A stretch of DNA of 64,000 bases from Alphaproteobacteria bacterium. Its GTDB lineage: Bacteria; Pseudomonadota; Alphaproteobacteria; M2410. The translations under genes were made by a program, and so were the position numbers. The notes beneath the pieces were generated by a model. It was given only the letters and a program-made list of their open reading frames with translations, was not told the origin of the DNA and ran no database searches. Positions 1-10,627 of the stretch are shown one piece after another. The first letter of the stretch is position 1. The number at the start of each line of letters is the position of its first letter. Location of the stretch: assembly GCA_006226415.1 (NCBI GenBank), contig SBGZ01000025.1:13186-77185 (forward strand), read 5' to 3'.

Positions 1-969
1 CCAGGTGGTGAGTTGACCGTCCTCGACGAGGACCCGTTTCTGCGTGGCGACACCTTCGCCGTCGAAGTACCGCGACCCGCGCCCGCGTTTGATATGCGGA
101 TCGTCGATAAGGCAAAGGTCGGCAGAAAAGACAGCCTTACCCATTTCCTGGCGCAAAAAGGACGTGCCGCGGGCAATGGCATTGCCGTTAATCGCCCCCG
201 CAAAAGCGCCAAGTAGGGTCATGGAGACCCGCGGCGAAAAAACAACAGGCGCGGCCTGGCTCGCCACTTTGCGTGGGCCGAGTTTGGCAACAGCGCGCTC
301 GCCCGCCGACCGGCCGATGGCCTGCGCGCTGTCTCTGTCTTCAAGGTGGCGCACTGAATGACCATCGCTGTCGCGCTCCATCCCTGTACCTTCGCCGGCC
401 AATGCCGCGCAGGAAAGGCTATGGGACGTCGAAATGTAACTGCCGCAAAAGCCGTTGCTGGCCACATAGGCAACCTCGGCGCGCCCCCAGCCGGCGCCGG
501 CGCCCAGGCTGTTGGATACCCCCTCAACGTCCCGCGCCGCCTGTTCCGCGGCGAGAGCCTCGTCAATAAGCTGCCCGGCCTCGGGCTCAACCTTGTCGGC
601 AAGCTCAAGATCCATCACTTGGTCTGCCAACAATTCCGTATCGGCCAGACCGCAATAGGGGTCCTCCGGCGCCAGCCGGGCCATGGCCACGGCGCGTTCG
701 GCGAGGGCCTTAAGCCCCTCGCGGCTAAAATCGGTCGTCGAAACGCTGGCCTGCCGGGCACCCACAATGACGCGCAGGCCCAGATCCCGGGCCTCTGAAC
801 GTTCAGAATTTTCCAACTTTCCAAGCCGCACCGAGCTCGACAGCGCCTGACTGTCGTAGATCAGCGCATCCGCTGCATCCGCGCCTTTTTGGGCCGCCGC
901 CTTGATGAGATCCTCCGCGAGAGATATTTTTTCAGATTGTGAAAGGGCGCCTGGCGCTGCATTTGCCAT
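1..969 (-). CDS. pmbA: PmbA/TldE-family modulator of DNA gyrase protease (N-terminal ~323 aa; C-terminus lies beyond window start)
   Basis: Reverse-strand frame opens at ATG 967-969 (MANAAPGALSQSEKISLAEDLIKAAAQKGADAADA...) and reads without a stop to position 1. By-eye translation shows a TldD/PmbA-family domain without an HExxxH motif; the HExxxH-bearing paralogue tldD is at 3122-4555. Absent from the ORF track because the window edge truncates it. Confidence 0.7.
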   Translation of the reverse strand, partial: MANAAPGALSQSEKISLAEDLIKAAAQKGADAADALIYDSQALSSSVRLGKLENSERSEARDLGLRVIVGARQASVSTTDFSREGLKALAERAVAMARLAPEDPYCGLADTELLADQVMDLELADKVEPEAGQLIDEALAAEQAARDVEGVSNSLGAGAGWGRAEVAYVASNGFCGSYISTSHSLSCAALAGEGTGMERDSDGHSVRHLEDRDSAQAIGRSAGERAVAKLGPRKVASQAAPVVFSPRVSMTLLGAFAGAINGNAIARGTSFLRQEMGKAVFSADLCLIDDPHIKRGRGSRYFDGEGVATQKRVLVEDGQLTTW

Positions 970-1006
970 GGGAGGGGTGATCCTTGGGTCATTTGGGTTA
1001 AGATGG

Positions 1007-1717
1007 ATGCGCGGGGTGACTAGTGAATATAGGAAGGTTGGCGACTTGGGAAACAACTATTCGGGAAAATTTACGTTCCGACAGGCTGCCATTTTTGCCG
1101 TGATTATGGGCCTGTCCGCTTGCGCGGGCGGGGAAATGCCACTTGATGCTCAAATGGGCAAATATGGGCTGCCTCATCCCACACCCGGTCACTATGTGCA
1201 CTGCTGGGGAAATGGATGCCTTCACTCAGTGGCCCTTAGCCTGGACAGCGAGGAATGGCAGGAAATCCGCGATATTTTTGATCCACAGTCTCAAAATCCT
1301 GGGGAAGAACGCGAGCGCATGGCCCTCGCGATTGCCCGGCTCGAGCAGCTCACAGGGGAACGCGCGATCACCGGCCGCGATATCGGCGGCTCGTTCCGGG
1401 GATATGGGCTGAAAGGCCAGCAGGACTGCATCGATGAGATGATCAACACAACCACCTATCTCACGATGATGCGCGACGATGGTTTGATCCGCTTCCACAA
1501 CCTGGACAAGCGTCTGACCAATGGCTGGTTTGAGGTTTCCGGCTGGCCTCATACCGCGGGGTCTGTAAAAGATACTCAGACCGGCGAGATTTTTGTGATA
1601 GATTCCTGGTGGCTCGATAATGGCAATAAGCCTTACATTTTGCCGAAAGAGCAGTGGAAGACGGGGAACTGGGAAAAATCTCATCAATCCGGGGAATGGG
1701 CGCCAGAAACGGAATAG
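1007..1717 (+). CDS. hypothetical lipoprotein (lipobox LSAC after a hydrophobic segment); function unknown
   Basis: Internal ATG of ORF 902-1717, divergent from pmbA. N-terminus MRGVTSEY...AAIFAVIMGLSACAGG resembles a lipoprotein signal. GC (~53%) is below the window average. No family recognised. Confidence 0.5.
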   Translation: MRGVTSEYRKVGDLGNNYSGKFTFRQAAIFAVIMGLSACAGGEMPLDAQMGKYGLPHPTPGHYVHCWGNGCLHSVALSLDSEEWQEIRDIFDPQSQNPGEERERMALAIARLEQLTGERAITGRDIGGSFRGYGLKGQQDCIDEMINTTTYLTMMRDDGLIRFHNLDKRLTNGWFEVSGWPHTAGSVKDTQTGEIFVIDSWWLDNGNKPYILPKEQWKTGNWEKSHQSGEWAPETE

Positions 1718-1881
1718 ATGTCAGTTTTTTTTACAGACTGACAGGATTAACACCGAGGTGTGGTCGTAAAGTATTGAAATATATAGAGAAAAAATTCTGG
1801 CACGGGATGTGCTTATAAAGCCGTGTTACATGGGTGGCGTAAAAGGTTTCGTCACCTTGGGAAAATCTGGAGATAGTTGTC

Positions 1882-2538
1882 ATGAGTAAGTTTTTGAAAG
1901 TTTTCGCAGTATTTGGGCTCATTGTGAGCTTTGCTGCACCTGCCCACGCTGGCCTGGTCCTGGTTCTGGACGAAGGTAACGATGGGGCGGATGTTACCTG
2001 TAATGATGGTGACCTGTGCGATGCTGACGGTTCGGTTAACGGTGAAATCACTTATATTTCCGACTCAGCTGACTGGAACATCACCGTAATTTCAGCCTTG
2101 TCCGACACGGGCGATACCGAATCCCTCCTCAACACCTCGCTGATCGTGAGTTATGAAGGCGAAGGTGAAGGCGTTCTGGGCATCTTGGTTTATGATGACT
2201 CATACGATTCTCCGACCGGTCCGGGCTATGCCTCCACAGAGATCGACGGTTCCAACATTGATGGGTCAGTTTCTGCTTGCTCCAGCATCGATGATACAAC
2301 AATTGCTTGCGATGAAGATCTGACGGAAGACGAACAGCTCACCGGCACGATCGGCTATGAAGCTGGCGATTCTTTTGAGCTGTCTCAGGAATTTGTCATC
2401 ACCGCACAAAACGGCGACATCACCTCTCTTGACGCACAAACAACCTTCTCAACTGTTCCGGAGCCAGCAGTGCTTGGCCTCCTGGGCTTGGGTCTCGTGG
2501 GTGTCGGCGTTGCACGCCGTCGCAAGAAAGTCGCTTAA
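1882..2538 (+). CDS. PEP-CTERM sorting-domain secreted protein, acidic D/E/G/S/T-rich
   Basis: Signal peptide MSKFLKVFAVFGLIVSFAAPAHA. C-terminus TVPEPAVLGLLGLGLVGVGVARRRKKVA is a near-consensus PEP-CTERM (VPEP, TM helix, RRRKK). RBS ggagatagttgtcATG. AT-rich upstream region at 1718-1880. Confidence 0.8.
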   Translation: MSKFLKVFAVFGLIVSFAAPAHAGLVLVLDEGNDGADVTCNDGDLCDADGSVNGEITYISDSADWNITVISALSDTGDTESLLNTSLIVSYEGEGEGVLGILVYDDSYDSPTGPGYASTEIDGSNIDGSVSACSSIDDTTIACDEDLTEDEQLTGTIGYEAGDSFELSQEFVITAQNGDITSLDAQTTFSTVPEPAVLGLLGLGLVGVGVARRRKKVA

Positions 2539-2576
2539 TTTTGAATTAAGCCAAACGGATTTTCCTTAAACGGAAA

Positions 2577-2604
2577 GGGCGGTTCATCGGGAACCGCCCT
2601 TTTT
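2577..2604 (+). terminator. intrinsic terminator (gggcggttc-atcgg-gaaccgccc + TTTTT), possibly bidirectional with the convergent MAPEG gene
   Basis: 9-bp perfect stem followed by a T5 run, 39 nt after the PEP-CTERM stop. A-rich on the 5' side. Confidence 0.6.
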
Positions 2605-2626
2605 GCATTTCAGATGTTTCAGCGTC

Positions 2627-3028
2627 TTAGCTGACGGCGAGAAATATGCAATATCCCGCCGAAGCTAGGATCATAAGCATTGTCAGCATAATGCCGCCGG
2701 AGCGGCCGAAGCCCGTTCCACCACCGGCTGTCATGCCGTAGCCGTGCAGCGCGCGCCCCGCCGTGAGCATGATCCCCAAAACGTGAAGAGCGATCGGCAT
2801 CGCCGCCATCAGCTCCAGGCTGAGAAGGAGGATCAAAGCGATCGGTGTGTATTCCACATTATTGGCGTGCGCACGTGTGGCGCGAAAAAGCCCATCATCG
2901 TCTCCGGTGCCAAGGCTGACTTTCGCCCGCATTCGGTTGCGACCGACATTAAAGGCGAGCGCGACACTGATGACCGCATTAAGCCCGGCGTAAAGCGCCG
3001 TCGCCGGTACAAGACCTGTTATTTCCAT
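2627..3028 (-). CDS. MAPEG-family membrane protein (microsomal GST-like)
   Basis: 133 aa with 3-4 TM helices. NNVEYTPIALILL motif typical of the MAPEG superfamily. Confidence 0.65.
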   Translation of the reverse strand: MEITGLVPATALYAGLNAVISVALAFNVGRNRMRAKVSLGTGDDDGLFRATRAHANNVEYTPIALILLLSLELMAAMPIALHVLGIMLTAGRALHGYGMTAGGGTGFGRSGGIMLTMLMILASAGYCIFLAVS

Positions 3029-3121
3029 GAGTTATATCACTCCTCCGTTGATTCGAGTGCGCAAAGAGTGAATCGGAAAGAAGGGCTATGGCAAGTGCAG
3101 GGCTCACACCAAGCGATCACA

Positions 3122-4555
3122 TTAACGTGCGGTTCCGCCAACTGTGATCCCATCCAGTCGAAGTGTCGGCTGTCCAAGGCCCACGGGCACGCTCTGACCT
3201 GCTTTCCCGCAGACACCAATGCCCCGGTCGAGTTTCAAGTCATTGCCGATCATGGAAACCCGGGTGAGGCAATCAGGGCCATTACCGATAAGCGTGGCGC
3301 CTTTGATCGGTGCCCCGAGCTTACCGTTTTCAATCAGATAGGCTTCTGTGCAGCTGAAAGTAAACTTGCCTGAGGTGATATCCACCTGGCCGCCGCCAAA
3401 ATCGGGGCAATAGATGCCCCTTGTGACGCTTTCCAGGATCTCCTGCGGGTCCCGCTCGCCTGCAAGCATATAGGTGTTGGTCATGCGGGGCAGCGGTGTG
3501 TCGGCATAAGATTGCCGTCGACCATTACCGGTGGGCTGAACCCCCATTTGCCGCGCGCTGAGCCGGTCATGCATGTAGCCTTTCAAGATCCCGTCCTCTA
3601 TCAGGACCGTGTGATGGGTGGGCGTGCCCTCATCATCCACAGACAGCGAGCCGCGCCGCTCAGCAAGCGTGCCATCGTCAATAACAGTAACCCCCGGCGC
3701 CGCCACACGCTGGCCAATCAAACCGGAAAAGGCCGAGGTCTTCTTGCGGTTAAAATCCCCCTCAAGTCCATGGCCGACGGCCTCGTGCAGCAAAACCCCG
3801 GGCCAGCCCGGGCCCAGCACCACGGTCATTTCGCCGACAGGGGCGGGTACACCCTCCAGATTGGTCATCGCTTGCCTAAGCGCCTCCTGGACTTCTGCCT
3901 GCCAATGGGCCGGGTCGAGCAGCTGTTCATAGCCAAACCGTCCACCGCTGCCAGAGCGGCCGGTCTCCTGCCGCCCGTTCTTTTCAGCCACGATGGAAAC
4001 GCCAAGCCGCACGAGGGGGCGGATGTCGCGGATAACCTGCCCGCCTGCCCGGCGGATCTCTATGGCCTGCCATTCGCCGCTAAGATTACAGGAGACCTGT
4101 GCAATATGGGGATCGAGGCCCCGGGCATAGGCATCGATGTCCTGCATCAGGCGGACCTTGGTCTCAAAATCGACCTGATCAAGGGGGTTGTCCGGTCTGT
4201 ATAAGGCCTGGTTGGTGCCTTGCGGCCCCCCGGCCAGGTCGACGGTTCCCTCATGTCCTGCCGTGACGGCAGCGACGGACTGTGCCGCGCGCTTGAGGGC
4301 GCCCTGTGAAAACTCAGATGAATGGGCGTAGCCGGTGGCCTCGTCTTTGACGACCCGGAGGCCAAATCCGTTCATCGTGTCAAAGGCGGCATTTTTCAGC
4401 CGCCCATCGTCAAAGCTGAAGCTTTCGGATTGGCAATATTCGAGGAAAAGTTCCCCGTCATCTGCGTTGTGAAGGGCATCGTCGACTTGCGCCTGAGTGG
4501 TCTCGGCATCGAGTTCGGATCGATCATAAAAGAAATTATCAGGTGTCGTTGTCAA
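3122..4555 (-). CDS. tldD: TldD metalloprotease
   Basis: 477 aa. HEAVGHGLEGDFNRK (HExxxH) motif; sequence is globally TldD-like. Confidence 0.9.
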   Translation of the reverse strand: MTTTPDNFFYDRSELDAETTQAQVDDALHNADDGELFLEYCQSESFSFDDGRLKNAAFDTMNGFGLRVVKDEATGYAHSSEFSQGALKRAAQSVAAVTAGHEGTVDLAGGPQGTNQALYRPDNPLDQVDFETKVRLMQDIDAYARGLDPHIAQVSCNLSGEWQAIEIRRAGGQVIRDIRPLVRLGVSIVAEKNGRQETGRSGSGGRFGYEQLLDPAHWQAEVQEALRQAMTNLEGVPAPVGEMTVVLGPGWPGVLLHEAVGHGLEGDFNRKKTSAFSGLIGQRVAAPGVTVIDDGTLAERRGSLSVDDEGTPTHHTVLIEDGILKGYMHDRLSARQMGVQPTGNGRRQSYADTPLPRMTNTYMLAGERDPQEILESVTRGIYCPDFGGGQVDITSGKFTFSCTEAYLIENGKLGAPIKGATLIGNGPDCLTRVSMIGNDLKLDRGIGVCGKAGQSVPVGLGQPTLRLDGITVGGTAR

Positions 4556-4982
4556 AAGAAGACCTTCTCAGATGGGGGGTTACAGGCACAGTTTGATTCG
4601 ATTCTCGTCAGTTTTGCTTAGAAATATCAAAAACCGAGCCGCGTTGTCTGTAGGGACTTCCCATAATCTTGCGGGCTCTGGGGGCGATATCTGCGTAACA
4701 TGCGCCATTTCGTCGCACCCGGGGAGCCAAAATCCGGATGAAGTAGCCTCGGGGGCCTTCGCAAGAGCCCTAATCCGCGTGTATTCTGGCCCACGAAGGC
4801 TTGCGCGAGAGCCGTTTTTGTGGTTTTTCAGGCCGGAATTTGGACGTTTTGTCGCAGCGTGCGGCAAGTCACAGTACTCGAGTCAAAGGTGCAGGGCGGG
4901 TGCCGTTCCCAAGGGGCGACCCAACAAGGCTGAGATCCACCTGATCCCGCGCCAACAATAAAGACAAGAAAAGGGATTTATT

Positions 4983-5840
4983 ATGCGCGTGATGAATTGG
5001 GTTGGCCTGTGCGTTCTGGGGATCGCACTGACTGCCGCTTTCGGCGTAGACATGGCTTTGGCCTCTGATCCGGTTTACGGACAGCCGGTCGACAATCAGA
5101 TGACGCTTCAATTGGCCGCCTCGCCGGTGATGAAACAGACGACCGTGCTTTATCACTGGTTGATTTTGAGTATGACCGCCGTTTGTATCTTTGTCGGCGC
5201 GCTCATGGTCTACGTGATCGTCAAATTCAATGCCAAGGCGAACCCAACGCCGTCCAAAACATCGCACAATACCCTGATTGAAATCATCTGGACGATCATT
5301 CCGGTCGTTATCTTGGTGGTTATCTTCGTGCCCTCCTATCGGTTGCTCGCCAAGCAGGAAATTATACCAGACGCCGATCTGACCATTAAGATCACAGGTC
5401 AGCAATGGTATTGGGATTATGAATATCCAGATCATGGCGATTTCGCATTTTCGTCGACCATGGTTGAGGAAGAAGATCTGGTCGAGGGTCAGCCGCGCCT
5501 CCTGGCAACCGACGAGCCGATCTATGTTCCGGTGAATGCCAATGTGCGCATTCTGGTCACCGCCGGTGATGTAATCCACTCTTGGACCATCCCGTCCTTC
5601 GGCGTGAAAATGGACGCGGTGCCCGGTCGGGTTAACGAAGCATGGTTCCGCGCTGAGCGCGAAGGCGTTTACTACGGTCAATGCTCCGAGCTTTGCGGCG
5701 CGCGTCACGCCTTCATGCCGATCGAAATCCATGTAGTCAGCCAGGCTGATTTCGACACTTGGGTCGCCTACATGCAGGACGAATACGGCGCACTTGAAAC
5801 AGACACCAACATTCGCCTGGCTTCGGCCGCTGCGCAGTAA
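4983..5840 (+). CDS. coxB: cytochrome c oxidase subunit II
   Basis: CuA site HSWTIPSFGVKMDAVPGR...CSELCGARHAFMPI, N-terminal signal and 2 TM helices. First gene of the cox cluster. Confidence 0.95.
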   Translation: MRVMNWVGLCVLGIALTAAFGVDMALASDPVYGQPVDNQMTLQLAASPVMKQTTVLYHWLILSMTAVCIFVGALMVYVIVKFNAKANPTPSKTSHNTLIEIIWTIIPVVILVVIFVPSYRLLAKQEIIPDADLTIKITGQQWYWDYEYPDHGDFAFSSTMVEEEDLVEGQPRLLATDEPIYVPVNANVRILVTAGDVIHSWTIPSFGVKMDAVPGRVNEAWFRAEREGVYYGQCSELCGARHAFMPIEIHVVSQADFDTWVAYMQDEYGALETDTNIRLASAAAQ

Positions 5841-5851
5841 TCGCGCGATAG

Positions 5852-7501
<1,650 letters not shown>

Positions 7502-7542
7502 GGCGCGTTTCGTTACTCGAAAGGAAGGATGGGCAACCGCAC

Positions 7543-8511
7543 ATGGTTGATGCATCAAGCGACATGACAAAATTTGACAATGCCGAAATCGCGAAAAGCG
7601 GTCTCGGCATTGCCACGGCCAGCGATTATTTCGCGCTTCTAAAGCCGGGGGTCATGCGCCTTGTTGTCTTTACCGCGCTTGTGGGTCTGTTGGCCGCGCC
7701 TGGGGCCATCCATCCATTGGTTGCATTCGCGGCGATTTTGTCGATCGCAGTTGGCGCGGGTGCCTCGGCGGCATTGAATATGTGGTATGACGCCGATATT
7801 GATGTGCTGATGGAGCGCACCAAAGGGCGCCCCGTGCCTATGGGCAAGGTGGCACCCGAGGAGGCCTTGAACCTCGGCATCACGCTTTCCTTGCTTTCTG
7901 TGCTGTCTATGATGTTGATGGTCAACTTGGTGGCCGCAGCATTGCTCGCCTTCACGATCTTTTTCTATGCGGTGGTCTACACCATGTATTTGAAGCGTCG
8001 CACGCCTCAGAACATTGTGATTGGCGGCGTTGCGGGCGCCTTGCCACCGGTCATCGGCTGGGCCTCTGTGACCGGCACGGTGCCGCTTGAAAGCCTCGCG
8101 CTTTTCGCCCTCATTTTCATGTGGACACCGCCGCATTTCTGGGCGCTGTCTCTGGTGCGCTCGGACGAATACAAAAAAGTCGGCGTGCCAATGATGACCG
8201 TCACCGCGGGTAAGAAGTCCACACGCCTGCAAATGTTGATCTACACGATCTTGTTGGCGCCGGTTGCTGTTCTGCCCTATTTCATCGGTATTGGTTCGGT
8301 GGCCTATCTGGCTTTGGCGTCGCTTCTGAGTGTGACCTTTATCGGCTTTGCCGTGCGGGTCTGGTGGCTCGGAGACGGCCGCGAGGAAGAGGGGGCGGAT
8401 GCCAATCGCGCCGCGCGCTCCATGTTCTTCTTTTCAATTCTTTATCTCTTCCTTCTGTTCCTGGAGCTTCTCATGGAGCACGGGATCAGCACTTTACGGG
8501 CGGTACTGTAA
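7543..8511 (+). CDS. ctaB: protoheme IX farnesyltransferase (heme O synthase)
   Basis: UbiA-family prenyltransferase motifs (NMWYDADIDVLMERTKGRP). The ORF is open from 7441 and overlaps coxA; I favour the in-frame ATG at 7543 (MVDASS...), so the start is uncertain. Confidence 0.85.
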   Translation: MVDASSDMTKFDNAEIAKSGLGIATASDYFALLKPGVMRLVVFTALVGLLAAPGAIHPLVAFAAILSIAVGAGASAALNMWYDADIDVLMERTKGRPVPMGKVAPEEALNLGITLSLLSVLSMMLMVNLVAAALLAFTIFFYAVVYTMYLKRRTPQNIVIGGVAGALPPVIGWASVTGTVPLESLALFALIFMWTPPHFWALSLVRSDEYKKVGVPMMTVTAGKKSTRLQMLIYTILLAPVAVLPYFIGIGSVAYLALASLLSVTFIGFAVRVWWLGDGREEEGADANRAARSMFFFSILYLFLLFLELLMEHGISTLRAVL

Positions 8512-8643
8512 ATGTCGGATGATGATCGCAAGAAAATGGCCGCCGAAGCCTTGAAGAAAAAGAACAGAGTGGTTGCGCTCTCACTTACGGCCTTTATCGT
8601 TCTGGTTTTCTTTGTCTCCATCGTAAAGATGAGTGGAGGCTGA
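8512..8643 (+). CDS. small (43 aa) single-TM protein, CoxF-like, in the ctaB-ctaG gap
   Basis: ATG abuts the ctaB stop (taaATG): MSDDDRKKMAAEALKKKNRVVALSLTAFIVLVFFVSIVKMSGG. Position between ctaB and ctaG matches the small coxF ORF of alphaproteobacterial cox clusters. Below the 60-aa cut-off of the ORF track. Confidence 0.5.
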   Translation: MSDDDRKKMAAEALKKKNRVVALSLTAFIVLVFFVSIVKMSGG

Positions 8644-8653
8644 GGACGGTCGA

Positions 8654-9229
8654 ATGAACCAACGCGACAAAACACAAAAAGGCATTCGCTCCGTTGCATT
8701 GATCTGCTCCGTCATTGTTGTAGCAATGGTGGGGCTCTCATTCGCGGCGGTGCCGCTTTACAATATGTTTTGCCGTGTAACCGGTTTTGGCGGGACCACA
8801 CAGCGCGCCGTTTCTGCACCGGCTGAGATTGTGGACCGCACAATGAATGTGCGTTTTGATTCAACGGTTTCGCAAAACATGCCCTGGCGTTTCAAGCCGC
8901 TGCAGCGGGAAGTTCAGGTTAACCTCGGCGAGTCCAAGCTGGTGTTTTATCGCGCAGAAAACCTGTCTGATCATCCGATCACGGGCACCGCGAGCTTTAA
9001 TGTCACACCGGACCGTGCTGGATATTATTTCACAAAAATCCAGTGCTTCTGTTTTACCGAGCAGACCCTTCAGCCGGGTGAAGTGGTGGACATGCCAGTA
9101 ACATTTTATGTGGACCCTGAGGCGGTGGGTGATCGGTCCATGGACAGCGTTCACACCATTACCTTGTCCTACACATTCTATCCGAAAACTTCTGAAGATC
9201 AGATTGCGCAGAACAGAAAACAGAATTAA
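8654..9229 (+). CDS. ctaG: cytochrome c oxidase assembly protein CtaG/Cox11 (CuB insertion)
   Basis: Single TM followed by a Cox11 domain with the CFCF copper motif (KIQCFCFTEQ). Start taken at MNQRDK. Confidence 0.9.
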   Translation: MNQRDKTQKGIRSVALICSVIVVAMVGLSFAAVPLYNMFCRVTGFGGTTQRAVSAPAEIVDRTMNVRFDSTVSQNMPWRFKPLQREVQVNLGESKLVFYRAENLSDHPITGTASFNVTPDRAGYYFTKIQCFCFTEQTLQPGEVVDMPVTFYVDPEAVGDRSMDSVHTITLSYTFYPKTSEDQIAQNRKQN

Positions 9230-9281
9230 TTAGTTGGGCACGCTACGTGTCGCCTTTAGAGAAGAAAATGGGGAAAACAAA

Positions 9282-10160
9282 ATGGCCCATGATGAAGTAA
9301 AACACGATTATCACCTCGTTGATCCGAGCCCATGGCCGCTCGTCGGGTCGATCAGCGCATTCGTGCTGGCCATCGGTGCTATCACATGGATGCGCACAGA
9401 CGATGGTGGGTTCCTTGGGATGTCCGGATACTGGTTGTTTGCAATCGGCTTCCTCGGCGTTATTTACACCATGTTTGAATGGTGGCGCGATGTGATCAAG
9501 GAAGCTGAGCGCGGAGACTGCACACCTGTTGTCCAGATCGGTCAACGTTATGGCATGGTGCTCTTCATCGCTTCCGAAGTGATGTTCTTCGTGGCCTGGT
9601 TCTGGGCCTATTTCAATGTGTCCCTGTTTCCGGGCACAACAGAGGCAGCAGGCGGCATTCTGACCGGTCAGGTTGGCCGCGCGGATATGATTGGGGGCAC
9701 CTGGCCGCCCGTTGGTATCCAGACCTTTGATCCCTGGCATCTGCCATTCCTGAACACCGTTATTCTGCTCACCTCGGGGGCGACAGTGACCTGGGCGCAC
9801 CATGCTTTGCAGCACGGCGACCGTCGCGGGACACGCAATGGCTTGATCCTGACCATCCTCCTGGGCCTGACATTTACTTGTGTCCAGGCATATGAGTATT
9901 CACACGCTGCCTTCCAATATGCCGGCAATGTCTATGGCGCGACTTTCTTCATGGCGACCGGTTTCCATGGTTTCCACGTGATTGTTGGAACAATTTTCCT
10001 GATCGTTTGCCTGTTTAGGGTCATGGCCGGTCAAATGACGCCAAAGCAGCATTTCGGCTTCGAGGCTGCTGCCTGGTACTGGCACTTTGTTGACGTCGTC
10101 TGGTTGTTCCTGTTTGCTGTGATCTATGTCATTGGACAAGGACCCGGTGTTGCTCACTAA
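9282..10160 (+). CDS. coxC: cytochrome c oxidase subunit III
   Basis: 7-TM subunit III ([19 protein letters not shown]...). Start is ambiguous between 9267 and 9282. Confidence 0.9.
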   Translation: MAHDEVKHDYHLVDPSPWPLVGSISAFVLAIGAITWMRTDDGGFLGMSGYWLFAIGFLGVIYTMFEWWRDVIKEAERGDCTPVVQIGQRYGMVLFIASEVMFFVAWFWAYFNVSLFPGTTEAAGGILTGQVGRADMIGGTWPPVGIQTFDPWHLPFLNTVILLTSGATVTWAHHALQHGDRRGTRNGLILTILLGLTFTCVQAYEYSHAAFQYAGNVYGATFFMATGFHGFHVIVGTIFLIVCLFRVMAGQMTPKQHFGFEAAAWYWHFVDVVWLFLFAVIYVIGQGPGVAH

Positions 10161-10185
10161 ACGAGCAATTTAAAAAGTTTGTTTA

Positions 10186-10215
10186 AAGCCGGGCCCCAAG
10201 TGCCCGGCTTTATCA
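10186..10215 (+). terminator. putative intrinsic terminator after coxC
   Basis: aaagccgggc-cccaagt-gcccggcttt followed by a tcattt tail. The U-tract is weak. Confidence 0.4.
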
Positions 10216-10225
10216 TTTGGAGTGA

Positions 10226-10627
10226 GTGGAAAATTTGTCGGAAGAAAAGAAAACAGTCTGGCAGGCCATCGGCACAGGTCTCAAAATGCGGTGCCCGCGC
10301 TGCGGCCAAGGACGACTCTTTAAAGGGTTTCTCAAATTTGCGCCTGAGTGTTCGCACTGTGAGTTGGACTTTGCAGCCGGCGACACCGCCGACGGTCCCG
10401 CCGTGGCGATTATGTTTGTTGTGGGCACTGTTGTTGTGGGCGGCGCTCTTTTTGTAGAGATCGTTTATATGCCGCCCATGTGGGTGCATATGGCGCTCTG
10501 GGGGCCGTTGACATTGCTTCTTTCTGTCGGATTGTTACGGCCTTTGAAAGGCGTGACCTTTGCCCTGCAATATTTCTTCAAGGCGGGGACGGTGGAAACG
10601 CGTGAGGATTGGCAGGAACCTCAATGA
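10226..10627 (+). CDS. DUF983 zinc-ribbon membrane protein (cox-cluster associated)
   Basis: CPRCGQGRLF...CSHCELDF Cys4 motif plus 2 TM helices. GTG start with a GGAG RBS. Conserved position between coxC and surf1. Confidence 0.7.
   Translation: MENLSEEKKTVWQAIGTGLKMRCPRCGQGRLFKGFLKFAPECSHCELDFAAGDTADGPAVAIMFVVGTVVVGGALFVEIVYMPPMWVHMALWGPLTLLLSVGLLRPLKGVTFALQYFFKAGTVETREDWQEPQ

Noticed and set aside
219-824. ORFs 219-608(-), 273-569(+), 358-798(+), 615-824(-) overlapping the pmbA region
   Set aside because: All lie in alternative frames of the confidently translated pmbA reverse-strand frame and have Arg/Pro/Ala-rich compositions typical of high-GC frame artefacts.
3512-4365. ORFs 3512-4204(+), 3618-3932(+), 4147-4365(-) inside tldD
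   Set aside because: Antisense or off-frame to the well-supported tldD CDS; no domain signatures.
4556-4982. ORFs 4572-4961(+) and 4580-4867(-) in the tldD/coxB intergenic region
   Set aside because: No RBS and no recognisable motifs. The region more plausibly holds the cox promoter and leader; no family could be assigned.
9243-10489. Minus-strand ORFs over coxC and DUF983
   Set aside because: Antisense to conserved genes; no signatures.
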